Program-made: the position numbers and the translations under genes
The notes under the pieces: model-generated
What the model was told of the DNA's origin: nothing
Database searches by the model: none
Seen by the model: the letters and a program-made list of their open reading frames with translations, nothing else
Part shown: one piece after another, positions 1-11,621 of the stretch
Layout of the letters: each line of letters starts with the position of its first letter
Position numbering within the stretch: the first letter of the stretch is position 1
Assembly (NCBI RefSeq): GCF_001194135.2
Contig: NC_068981.1
Coordinates: 190,725,555-190,789,554, forward strand
DNA: 64,000 bases
Source: Octopus bimaculoides
Taxonomy: Eukaryota
Reading direction: 5' to 3'

Positions 1-310
1 TGACTGGCCTTCGTAGGGTTTTCGAGCGAGATCGTTGCCAGTGCCCCTGGACTGGCTTTTGTGCGGGTGGCACATAAAAGACACCATTTCGAGCGTGGCC
101 GTTGCCAGTACCGCCTGACTGGCCTTCGTGCGGGTGACACGTAAAAGCACCCACTACACTCTCTGAGTGGTTGGCGTTAGGAAGGGCATCCAGCTGTAGA
201 AACTCTGCCAAATTTAGATTGGAGCCTGGTGTTGCCATCCGGTTTCACCAGTCCTCAGTCAAATCGTCCAACCCATGCTAGCATGGAAGGCGGACGTTAA
301 ACGATGATGA

Positions 311-314
<4 letters not shown>
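1..314 (+). mobile_element. Family A retroposon, 3' part with (GAT)n tail
   Basis: ~60-bp GACTGGC..GTGGCACGTAAAAGCACC subrepeats, then ...CCAACCCATGCTAGCATGGAAGGCGGACGTTAAACGATGATGATGAT; the same sequence recurs many times in the window. Confidence 0.85.
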
Positions 315-339
<25 letters not shown>

Positions 340-345
<6 letters not shown>

Positions 346-550
346 TGTGTTTCTGTGTTTGTTCCCCCTCCATCACTTGAGAACCAATATTGGTGTTTTT
401 ACGTCCCCGTAATTTAGCGCTTCAGCAAAGGAGACCGATAGAATAAATACTAAGCTTTTACAAAGAATAAGTCCTGGGGTCAGTTTGTTCGATTAAAGGG
501 AGTGCTCCAGCATGACTGCAGTCAAATAACTGAAAGCTAATAAAAGAAAA
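340..550 (+). mobile_element. Family B SINE, 3' half
   Basis: Matches the 3' half of the copies at 2882-3308 and 63150-63875; preceded by (TA)n. Confidence 0.8.
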
Positions 551-1248
551 AAATTACCCTGAAGTATATATTTGTGAAGTATGTGTGACCTCTAATATAA
601 ATTATGATGTATGTTATTATGCGCAGCTTGTATTGTTGAAAGCTGAAGAAAGGATATCATATTTGTTTTCATAAACACCTGAGGTTTTGTGATAGTGAAG
701 GTTTTACTGAAGGTTTTAAATCTAAGCATTCAAAGACAATGTGCAAGTCTAAAAGAAACTGTTCCCATTGCATGCAAATGAATCTTTTATGCAGAATTTG
801 AGGTAAGAAATGTAGATTAGTGCCATTCTTTTATTCTTTTAATGGTTTCAGTTGTATGACTGCAGCCATGCTGGAGCACCACCTTTATTTCCTTTCACTT
901 TTGTTCTCACTCTATGGCTGGAGATTCGTCTACAATTAGAGTTTGTAGCAGCAGCTGGTTTCTCCTGAATATATCCTTGAATGGTTGGCCGGTCTGACAT
1001 CATCATTAGGAGTTTATCCAATGTTTTTTTTTTAATGTCTCAATAGCAGTCCCTTTTATATTTCTGATTTTATTAGGTAGGCAGCTGAATACATGGAAAC
1101 CTCTGAATATCAGACTGGTACAATAGAGTGCTTTTGAAGGTGATCTGTTTGGAAGCTTACTGTATCTACCAGTTTGTGCATTAAAGTTCTCTCTCATGCC
1201 AAAGTTTGAAGCACGCCCCTCCAGAATTTTTCATATGCATATGATAGC

Positions 1249-1342
<94 letters not shown>
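1249..1342. repeat. (TC)n microsatellite
   Basis: Direct reading. Confidence 0.98.
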
Positions 1343-1343
<1 letters not shown>

Positions 1344-1737
1344 ATTGTTCAAGAGAGTAGAGATATAGAGCCTTCAGACTTTCTCAGTGATTAAGGCTTT
1401 TAACTGAAATTATTTTACTAGTGAACATTCTTTGTAGCCCTTCAATTTTCCGGTTTCTAATGATTAGAAACTTAGGATTAGGTTTTATATTCTCCACTGC
1501 TCAGTGTTCCTTCAGCAAAGTTTCTTTTTCATAAAATATTTTTAGGCCCAGTTCAGTTTTCTCTATTTTATTATGGTAACCTTATTTAAATCTCCAGGGT
1601 CAACTTTATCTCCTGATGATTACAAAATTACAGATTTTGAAGGGGTTTTTTCAGTTGAATAGCTGGGCTGAGTTGAATTCTGTTTCTTTGGCTACTTTTT
1701 GACTAAAACTATGAAAAACACATCTACCTACTGCCTT

Positions 1738-2160
1738 CATCATCATCATCATCATCATCTTCATTTTCATCTGATGTCTGTTTTCCATGTTGGCATAGGT
1801 TAGACAGTTTGTCAGGAGCTGACGAGCTGGAGACGTGCATCAGGCTCCAATTGTCTGTTTCGGCATGGCTACTATGGGTGGCTGCCCTTCCTAAAGCCTG
1901 TCACTTTACAGAGTGTATCGGATGCTTTATACATGGCACCAGCACCAGTGCTTTGAACGAGACACACTGACACACGTGTGTTATACATGGCACCAGCACA
2001 GGTGCTTTAAATGTTACACCAGCATGAGTGATTTAGGCATGGCACCAGCATGGGTGATTTAGGCATGGCACCAGCATGGGTGATTTAGATGTGGCTCCAG
2101 CATGGGTGCTTTATACATGGCACCAGCATGGATGCTTTTTATGTGGTACCAACACAACTT
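1738..2160 (-). mobile_element. Diverged family A copy ending in an internal ~26-bp tandem array
   Basis: (CAT)n tail at 1738, reverse complement of the A body, then repeated GGCATGGCACCAGCATGGGTGATTTA-like units. Confidence 0.8.
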
Positions 2161-2576
2161 ACGTGGGAGGTTTATTTAAAATATTATCTTGTAAAACTGA
2201 CAAGTCTAATTATCACTATTCACTCAGCTGCATATTTATCTCATTACCAAGACATCTCATGCAAGAAAAATTCGTTTAGAATTTTCATTTAATTTATTCT
2301 AATACTCCTCTTCATCCAATTTTTGTTACAAAACAGTATTTATATGAAATAATTTTCCCTATTTTTCACTGCACTTTCTTTGAAAAAACGATTTTTGAAG
2401 TTATTTCAGTATAGCTAAAATATTTTGTGTGCATGCTAACATAGATTTTGTCCATCTGTAATTATTGTTAATTGTTAAATGTAATTTAATGTTTTGACAT
2501 ATATTTCTTCTCTAGAACTACATCCTAATGGAACTCACTAGATAATTATATCTATTATACAGCTTAATCATTCTAG

Positions 2577-2644
2577 GTTAATTTTCATGGAATCATGTTT
2601 GTGGGAATGGAGTTTCCATGGGGATGTTATTCTAGAGAAGAAAT
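2577..2644 (+). CDS. Candidate internal exon (VNFHGIMFVGMEFPWGCYSREE), unassigned
   Basis: TTCTAG acceptor, open frame, AT|GTATGT donor. It overlaps an inverted repeat, so it may be TE-derived. Confidence 0.2.
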
Positions 2645-2881
2645 GTATGTACTTGCCGAAGCATTACATTCCAATTAGCAATAATTATATATGTGTCTCA
2701 TATGTTGGAATGAATACAAAATGTTAAAATTATCAATTATATAGATTAATTGTTGAGAAAACAAGTAAGTTTTTGATAGGAAAGATGGCAGTTCATTGTG
2801 AGATTTTTTTTACTGGATGTTAATTTTCACATTGTTAATAACCCAGGGTAATTGTGTATTAAGAGTTTAGTAACTAACTCT

Positions 2882-3069
2882 TTTACTTGTTTCAGTCATT
2901 TGACTGTGGCCATGCTGGAGCACCGCCTTTAGTCGAGCAAATCGACCCCAGGACTTATTCTTTGTGAGCCTAGTACTTATTCTATCAGTCTCTTTTGCCG
3001 AACTGCTAAGTTACAGGGACATAAATGCACAAGCATCAGTTGTCAAGCGATGTTGGGGAGACAAACACA

Positions 3070-3139
<70 letters not shown>

Positions 3140-3308
3140 TCCGACGGGCTTCTTTCAGTTTCCATCTACCAAATCCACTCACAAGGCGTTGGTCAGCCCG
3201 AGGCTATAGTAGAAGACACTTGCCCAAGGTGCCACGCAGTGGGACTGAACCCGGAGCCATGTGGTTCGTAAGCAAGCTACTTACCACACAGCCACTCCTA
3301 CGCCTATA
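2882..3308 (-). mobile_element. Family B SINE, full length, with internal (CA)n(TA)n
   Basis: Complete reverse complement of the B consensus seen at 63150-63875. Confidence 0.9.
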
Positions 3309-3569
3309 ACAAATAAAAAAAATGTATTCTAAGAAAGTTAATTAACTTTTACAAAGAAGTGCTGAAAAGCTCCTGGCTTTAATTAAAAGAAAATAGAGGA
3401 GGATCAATTAATTATGATTTTATGCAACATGTTCCCCTCTCAGATTCACACGCTAATTGCAGCGGTCTTTCAGTCATTCTAAACCCTGTAAAAGAATTCA
3501 GAAGGTTAGACCTCCAACCAGGCCTTTCGCAATACCCTTAACACCAAGAACTTTACAGTGCTCCCGTGT

Positions 3570-3955
3570 ATAGGCACAAGCATACTGTGTGGTAAGAAAT
3601 TTGCTTCCCAGTGACATGGTTCCTGGTTCAGTCCCATTGCATCACACCTTGGGTAACTTTCTTCTGCTATAACCCCAAACCAACAAAAGCCTTGTGAGTG
3701 GATTTAGTAGACGGAAACTGAAAGAAACCCATCATATATATGTGTGTGTGTGGGTGTCTGTGTTTGTGTTAGCCCCTCCCACCATCACCACCATTTGACA
3801 ACTGATGTTGATTTGCTTATGTCCCCATAAACAAACCAACCTATAGGATAAGTACCAGGATTGAAACAATAGTACTGGAGTTGATTTGTTCAACTAAAAA
3901 CTAGTCAAGGTGCTGTGCGAGCATGGCCACAGTTTAATGACTAAAACAAGGAGAA
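3570..3955 (+). mobile_element. Family B SINE, diverged full-length copy
   Basis: GTGTGGTAAGAA..GGTTCAGTCCC..CTTGTGAGTGGATT..GAAACTGAAAGAA..GCATGGCCACAG. Confidence 0.85.
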
Positions 3956-4086
3956 AAATTAACTAGATGTGTATGTCTTGCTGGAATTATTAAACTGTTC
4001 TGGCCAAACTTATCTGTTGAACAGGACATTAGTAGAAAATTACTCCTTTTAAATCTCACAATGTAAGATATTCAGTAACAGTACTT

Positions 4087-4851
4087 TGTAGTAAAGATTG
4101 TTTTCCAATATAACATGGCAGTCCTGGTTTAGGACGAATGTTGCTGTAATTTAGTCCCAGGAGACATCGTCTCCAGCTGGCTATATGACACTATCTGTGT
4201 CCTTATATTTTCGAACTAGAGAATCTGAGTGGGGTTGCTAGATTCCTATGTTCGAAAATATAAGGACACAGAACCAAATTCGATGACTGGCACCTGTGCC
4301 AGTGGAGCGCTAACAGCACCATTCGAGCGTGATCATTGCCAGAGCTGCTGTCTGGCTTCCATGCCGGTTGCATGTAAACAGCACCATTTGAGCGTGATCA
4401 TTACCAGCGTTGCCTTACTGGCACTTGTGCCAGTGGCACGTGAAAAAACATTCGAGCGAAGTCGTTGCAAGTGTCACTGGATTGGCTCCTGTGCAGGTGG
4501 CACGTAAAAAACACCATTTTGAGCATGGCCGTTGCCAGTACCGCCTGACTTGCCTTTGTGCCGGTGGCACGTAAAAGTACCCACTACACTCTCAGAGTGG
4601 TTGGCGTTAGGAAGGGCATCCAGCTGTAGAAACTCTGCCGGATCAGATTGGAGCTTGGTGCAGCCATCTGGTTTGCCAGTCCTCAGTCAAATCGTCCAAC
4701 CCATGCTAGCATGGAAAGCAGATGTTAAACAATGGACGATGAGATCGTGTCGTATAGCCAGCTGGAGACGATGTCTCCTGGGGTTAAATTACAGCAACAT
4801 TAGTCCTAAACCAGGACTGCCATGTTATGTTGGCAAACAGTCTTTACTACA
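4087..4851. mobile_element. Foldback/MITE-like palindromic element interrupted by a family A insertion
   Basis: 4087-4216 is the inverted complement of 4250-4272 plus ~4742-4851; 3 mismatches over the 60 bp checked (4111-4170). Confidence 0.85.
4273..4740 (+). mobile_element. Family A retroposon nested in the foldback element
   Basis: Several ~60-bp subrepeats plus the standard A 3' end. Confidence 0.85.
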
Positions 4852-6019
4852 GAACATTAGTAGTTAGATACATTGTGTAACATTAATAATGTAAAAATGA
4901 AATGATATATGATGAATGATACATCACATCACAGTAGATAGTTGGACAGTAAAAGTTAGAAGACATGCAACAATTGGGAGGAAGAAATCGAGAATGATAC
5001 ATTGTGTTCTTGGTAAACTTGACAGACAAAGTTAGCACAAAGAAACAAAAAGCTCTGTTGGCTTCAAGAGTATTAATTGATTTATTCAAGAGCATTATGT
5101 CTAGTCTAACCTAGACATATAAAGTGAATGAACGGCACAAGTATAATAGGTGCCAAAACCTTGTCAGTGGGTGGTTGGGAATGTTTGAAATAAAGGATTC
5201 GGCAAAGAAGTTACACAATGAAATAGCTGGAGGTTATTTATTGCAGGGTGGGACTCCGATATATGAGATAATGCAGAATTAAGGATCAAGCAAATATATA
5301 CTTTATCAGAAATTGGTTCAGTTTTTGTTGTTCATATCAAAAAGCAGATGTTAAATCAATGTTAATGAGATCTGTATGATTTTTTTTTCTGTTGTCCCTG
5401 AAGATATCCAAGTCATAATGTTACAAAACTAATTTGTTTAATCCAATTTATACAGCTATTATGTAGCATTTAACTTTATTTGTACTGACATAAATTCCAA
5501 ATCATTATTCCAAGTTATATCAATTAGCATGGCTCATATGACTCCTAGCAAACTAAAACATGTTTTTTATGTAATATAAAATATCCAAATAGCTTTTTAG
5601 GTTCATTGTTCTATAGTAGCCAAACTCTTTTGTTATATGGTATGTGTATAAATCATCTGATAAAGTATTTTACTATAGGACAGCAGAATCTTGGGGTGAG
5701 TTTGGGATGTTGATGGATAGAATGTCTATAAGAAGCTAAAATGTTTATGGTGTATAAGTTGAAATGTTAATATCATCCAGCAAGCAGTTCCCCAAACTGT
5801 TTTTTTAACCCACAACATACTTAAGACCATATAGAAATAATTTGGTGTTCATTGTGCATAATAGTCTAAAGCAGTGGCTCTCAGCGTTTTCAAGATCCAG
5901 GTCAGAGCCAAAACCTGGATGTTTTTTAGGAGCTCTGCAATAATGAAAGTAAAACACAAATCAATTAAAAAAAAGATTTATAGATGGAAGATCAACCATC
6001 GACAGGCTTTTGGACAGGT

Positions 6020-6255
6020 TTCATCATCATTGCTTAACGTCTGTTTTCCATGAAGACATGGGTCGGACATTTTGACTTAGGTCTGGAAAGCTAGTGGCTG
6101 CACCAGGCTCCAATCTGATCTGGCAATGTTTCTACAGCTGGATGCCCTTCCTAATGCCAACCACTCCAAGAGCCAGTCAGGCAGCACTGGCATTGATCAT
6201 GTTCAAATAGTGATTTTTACGTGCCACCGGCATGGGAGCCAGTCAGGGGGCACTG
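6020..6255 (-). mobile_element. Family A copy
   Basis: (CAT)n tail and reverse-complement A body. Confidence 0.8.
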
Positions 6256-6268
6256 TACCTGCTCCACC

Positions 6269-6453
6269 CTTAAACTTTTAGCATGAAATCCAGCCATATC
6301 TGGCCCAAATATTCTGCTTTATGTTCAAACTGGCCAGATTCTGCTTCTCGTGCCTACCCTACAATGTCATTCTGAAAATATGCAATCATATCATCAGAAT
6401 CTCCTTGAATAAACAAACATTTGACAGAGTAATCGGAATTCTAAAGTGTTAAC
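6269..6453. mobile_element. piggyBac-type MITE, type 1 (TTAA-CCCTTTAGCA termini), degraded
   Basis: TTAAACTTTTAGCAT...ATTCTAAAGTGTTAA; homologous in reverse to 35594-35803 and 38299-38505. Confidence 0.6.
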
Positions 6454-7164
6454 TATGATTTACAGTACATCCTCTATCCATGGCACATCATTTGGGAATC
6501 ATGGTGTAGATTAACCATATAATATCTGATTACTTGTAAAAGATTCTCTGTGTCTAACAGAGAGAATTGATTAATTTATGTCATAGAAACAGTTGTTAAA
6601 ATATCGATTTCTAACTTTGGCACTCCACCATAATTTGCAGTAAAGTACAATCAATTTAATTGATTCCAGCGTATTTCATTGAATCCAAGAAGGACAAAAT
6701 GCAAAGCTGACCTATGTTGGATTTGAAAACAAATGGCTAAAAGGCAATAAAGTACACAGAACAAGGCATTTTCTCTGACTTGCTATCAGTTCTATCCATA
6801 AATCATTGAGAAAGGAATGTAATAAAATATATGCATTTAAAAAAAAAATACAAGTATATATCGTCCAACCCATGCTAGCATGGAAAGCGGACGTTAAACG
6901 ATGATGATGATGATGATGATTTGTATATATGTTGTAAATCAGATGCTGAAGGATCATAAACTAAATATAGTAAAGTATTTATCTTGCACTCTTTTGATTC
7001 TACCAATAAAATTTTGAGAGGGAAAATAATAAAATATTTATATTATATTTTAAATATAAAAGTTTGCATTTATGCTTCAGGAACCAATGGTTCTCTATAC
7101 CATTTTATCTGCCAAAACTTTTTCTATCTATGAAAATTATGTTATGCAATATGTACACAACAAA

Positions 7165-7645
7165 GGAGGCAAGCTGGCAGAAAGGTTAGCACGCCAGGCG
7201 ATATGCTTAGCGGCATTTCGTCTGCCATTGCGTTCTGAGTTCAAATTCCGCCANNNNNNNNNNCATTTCGTCTGCCATTGCGTTCTGAGTTCAAATTCCG
7301 CCAAGGTCGACTTTGCCTTTTATCCTTTTGGGGTCGATAAATTAAGTACTAGTTACGCACTGGGGTCAATGTAATCGATTTAATCCCTTTATCTGTCCTT
7401 GTTTGTCCATTCTATGTTTAGCCCCTTGTGGGCAATAAAGAAATAAGAAACATTAGCATTCCAGGTGAAATGCTTAGCGGTAATTCGTCTGTTTTTACGT
7501 TCTGAGTTCAAATTCCGCCGAGGTTGACTTTAACCTTCCTTTCAGGGTTGATAAATTAAGTACCAGTTGCATACTGAGGTTAATCAATTCGACTGGCCCT
7601 GCCTCCCCAAATATTTCGGGCCTTGTGCCTAGAGTAGAAAAGAAT
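7165..7645 (+). mobile_element. Two adjacent family C SINEs
   Basis: GCTGGCAGAA head, GAGTTCAAATT B-box-like motif, core GCCTTT(C/T)ATCCTTT..GGGGTCGATAAATTAAGTAC resembling the MetaSINE core as I recall it; two different tails. Confidence 0.85.
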
Positions 7646-8061
7646 ATATATGCAAGGAACGGTTGTAGATGTATCTCTTACTTATTAAGTCAATGGACTG
7701 TGGCCATGCTGGGGCACTGCCTCAACGGGTTTTAGTTGAACAAATCGACAAATGTCTGGTACTTATTCTATTGGTCTCTTTTGCTGAACTACCAAATTAT
7801 GTGGACATAAACCAACACTTGTTACTAAGTGGTAATGGGACATACCTACACACACCCCCGACACACACACATACATATTAATGTTTGTTTTTATGGTCAG
7901 TTATAATAAAAACAATTTTACATTAATCTGATGGGTTACTCTATATTTCTGTTGAGTACAAATTTATTATTCTTAAACAAAAATGTTATTGACTGTGGCT
8001 TTGAAGTTTTGACCAGCAAAGCCATTGTCCAATGATGGTCAATAATATTCTTGTGTTAATA

Positions 8062-8095
<34 letters not shown>

Positions 8096-8096
8096 N

Positions 8097-8519
8097 NNNN
8101 NNNNNNNNNNNNNNNNNNNNNNNNNNNNNNNNNNNNNNNNNNNNNNNNNNNNNNNNNNNNNNNNNNNNNNNNNNNNNNNNNNNNNNNNNNNNNNNNNNNN
8201 NNNNNNNNNNNNNNNNNNNNNNNNNNNNNNNNNNNNNNNNNNNNNNNNNNNNNNNNNNNNNNNNNNNNNNNNNNNNNNNNNNNNNNNNNNNNNNNNNNNN
8301 NNNNNNNNNNNNNNNNNNNNNNNNNNNNNNNNNNNNNNNNNNNNNNNNNNNNNNNNNNNNNNNNNNNNNNNNNNNNNNNNNNNNNNNNNNNNNNNNNNNN
8401 NNNNNNNNNNNNNNNNNNNNNNNNNNNNNNNNNNNNNNNNNNNNNNNNNNNNNNNNNNNNNNNNNNNNNNNNNNNNNNNNNNNNNNNNNNNNNNNNNNNN
8501 NNNNNNNNNNNNNNNNNNN
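8097..8519. other. Assembly gap flanked by (TA)n
   Basis: N run. Other gaps at 7254-7263, 15875-15884, 32043-32055, 47292-47624 and 63322-63528. Confidence 0.99.
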
Positions 8520-8550
<31 letters not shown>

Positions 8551-8579
8551 GTATTTATGAATATTAAGAGCATTATTAT

Positions 8580-8825
8580 ACATAAATGCCTCATGCTACG
8601 AGGGAATCTTTCGGCCAGGTTCGAAATGGTGTTTTTTATGTGCCACCTGCATGACCTGAATAATAATGATAATAATAACATCGAAAAATACCTTAGGAAT
8701 GAGAACCCAGGTTCGAAATTTCCCCAAGACACCTGATGAAGGATGGAGGGTATATCAGCCGAAACGTGTTAACAACAAACAAGATGACGACAAATATCCA
8801 TCAAATGTAAATAATGTACATAAAT
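8580..8825 (+). mobile_element. Probable Penelope-like element terminus
   Basis: GACACCTGATGAAGG..CAGCCGAAACGTGTT motif of the kind found in PLE terminal repeats (recalled pattern). Confidence 0.5.
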
Positions 8826-9629
8826 ATTGCAGTGTTTTACCAATTCCCCTCGGGACAACACTTACAATTCATGTTTTCAGTTTGTAATGGTGGTAGATAT
8901 TAGTAAAAGTAGTGCCACTTATCTCCATTGGTTTCTATAAACAAAGGTATTTAGTCCTATACCTCTCTATTATCTGTATAACATTTGTGATTGTCAACCA
9001 GTTTTCTTTTTCCTCTTGTATTCTGAACTAAGTCAATGAACAGATAATTGATCAAACAGAATGGAATTTGGTTTTGGTTTATAAACCTCAGTTAACAGAA
9101 TGTCATAGTAATAATAGCTAGAGACAAATATCATTGAAAGAAATTGAGTAATAGTGATTGACTAAATTAGATTAAAGAATAAACGAAAGCAGACTATGGA
9201 GTTATACATTTGCGAGTTAATATATCTTGGAGCTGGATGTAATTATCAGAAAGTCAGACCACAGCAAAACTCCAGTTACATGGAATGCTAAATGTACATG
9301 GAATATATTTATGACCAGGTTGTGAGTATATATTTATGAAGAGGACACAATTGCTGTCATCAATCAGACCAATTAAAAGCACTAATTGGAGTCTGACAAC
9401 GATATCTACTCTTGATATCAGAATAACTACTGCTTTGACAGCCATCTGTAAGACAATTGCTTCCTCCAATTAAGAGAAAGCACAACTATTATATGGGTGC
9501 AAATAAATACTAATAAAACTAATTACAGTTTTGGACTAATCACATACTGAGGTTAATGATATCGACTAGCCTTGTCTTCTCAAAACTGCTGCCTTTGTGG
9601 CTAAATTGGAAGCAATTATTTAGCCCTTG

Positions 9630-10290
9630 TAAGGCAGTGAGCTGGCAGAAATGCTAGCATGCCGGGCGAAATGCTCAGTGGTATTTCGTCTGTCTTTATG
9701 TTCTGAGTTCAACTTTGCCTTTCATCCTTTCAGGATCGATAAATTAAGTACCAGTTGCATATTGAGGTCAATCTAATTGACTGGTCCCCTCCCCAAACAT
9801 TTTGGGCCTTGTGCCTAGAGTAGAAAAGAATATTTTAAGGAGTCAAGCTGGCAGAAACATTAGCATGCCGGGTGAAATGTTTAGCGGTATTTCATCTGTC
9901 TTTACATTCTGAGTTCAAATTCTGCCGAGGTCAACTGCCTTTCATCCTTTTGGGGATGATAATATAAGTACCAGTTGCATACTGGAATTGATTTAATCGA
10001 CTGCCCTCCCTACCTCCCTAAAAAATTCGGGCCTTGTACCTAGAGTAGAAAAGAATATTAGTATTACAAAAAAAGTCGATGAGCTGGCAGAAACGTTAGC
10101 ATGCTGGGTGAAATGCTTAGCAGTATTTTGTCTGTCTTTACATTCTGAGTTCAAATTCCACCAAGGTCAACTTTGCCTTTCATCTTTTTGGGGTCGATAA
10201 ATTAAGTACCAGTTGAGTACTGGGTTGATCTAGACAACCGGCCTCCTCCCCATAAATTTTGGGCCTTGTGCCTAGTGTTGAAAAGAATTA
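9630..10290 (+). mobile_element. Three head-to-tail family C SINEs
   Basis: Units start near 9630, 9837 and 10070, each ending CTTGTGCCTAG..GAAAAGAAT or a close variant. Confidence 0.9.
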
Positions 10291-10339
10291 TGTAGCCTTT
10301 GGCCAACCCTGATCAGATAGATTGATCAAAAATGTTTCA

Positions 10340-10510
10340 AAAAAGCACCTACTACACTCTCAGAGTGGTTGGCGTTAGGAAGGGCATCCAGCTGTAGAAA
10401 CATTGCCAGATCAGATTGAAGCCTGGTGCAGCTTCCTGGCTTGCCAGTCCTCAATCAAACCGTCCAACCCATGCCAGCATGGAAAACGGATCTTAAACGA
10501 TGATGATGAT
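10340..10510 (+). mobile_element. Family A, 5'-truncated
   Basis: Standard A 3' end with GATGATGAT. Confidence 0.85.
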
Positions 10511-11621
10511 ACACACACACACACACACACACTCTCTGTGTGTGCTTACATTTGTACTTCACCAAAAAACACTGAGCTGCAAGCATTGATGTTGCTGTTT
10601 CTCTCCCCCTCTCTCTCTAAATATATATAACAAATCAGCCAGCTTTGTGCCTTTGAAGACATACGGAATAGGAGATTCGAAAACAGGCTGCTCTTTCTAG
10701 ATGGACAAGTGATTGTTTAAAGGCTCCTCTTGTTACTTATCAGAGTAATTGTTACTTTATGCCATTAGTCTGCTCTCCTTAATTAGCTGAGACAGTAGTT
10801 GCCACTGTAACTTCATAGTTCGATAATTAACTGCAGTAGGGAAAGCATCCAGCATTAAAGCATGTCTACTAGTCCTGCTAATAGGAAAAAAAAATGAATA
10901 TAAAATAATTTAACAAAATTTACTTCAAACACTACCAAATTAAATTTTAAAAGAAGACACAAAAATAACTGTAAAATTAATTTAGGTTTATTGCAAAACT
11001 TTGATATTTAATCAGCTGAACATAGATTACAGGAAAAAATATTTTTGTTTCGTCATTTATTTTTATTCATTATGGATTGAAATAATCGATAATATCTCTG
11101 GTACATTATTAATCTGAGGCTGGTATTGTTGACCTTTGTAACAAGAATCTTTCAACTGATGCTGTAGGTAATCATAAATATTGTCAATCTAAGGCCAGAG
11201 ACACTATTCTGACTTCTTGCTTGTTTGTATGTAGTAAGACTCTAGTAGAAATCTTATAAAGTATGTATGACTAACAGATGTTAAGTGAAACAAGGCTAAT
11301 GTTGTATTATAGTTAATAATGCATTTTCTTTTTGATTTCATGGCTGCTCTCACTCAATAATTTCTCCTATGCTAAGCAATAGTCATATTGAATGACTTAG
11401 TAAATGAACAATTAAATGTGTCCATGCCAATTGCAGTTATAAATGATGTAAGCATTATCTTAAAGGCCGCTTGCAACCTGCTTTACTCAAACATACATAA
11501 TCAGTGGACAAATAAAATGAATACGCTGTACTATAAAAGGGATAAAAGAGAGACGGTTGCTTTAGCTAATGTGGAAACAGCCTGTCTAAATGAATTATCC
11601 TTTTTAAAGTGAAAACCATAA

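Noticed and set aside
795-808. Possible 8-nt microexon AATTTGAG|GTAAGA (similar: 12746-12768, 29802-29840, 56937-56947)
   Set aside because: Splice dinucleotides are present, but such short candidates are expected by chance in AT-rich DNA, and they could be chained in several incompatible ways on both strands.
2577-2624. FHG-x3-V-x3-FPW resemblance to GH5 endoglycoceramidase N-terminus
   Set aside because: Only the spacing matches. The conserved Asn/Lys are absent and no downstream GH5 motifs were found.
7214-7303. Apparent 40-bp tandem duplication inside a SINE
   Set aside because: The two copies sit on either side of a 10-N gap, so this is an overlapping-contig assembly artefact.
7986-8736. 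Longest ORFs in the track (also 47254-47773 and 63246-63746)
   Set aside because: They read through N gaps and (TA)n and are not proteins.
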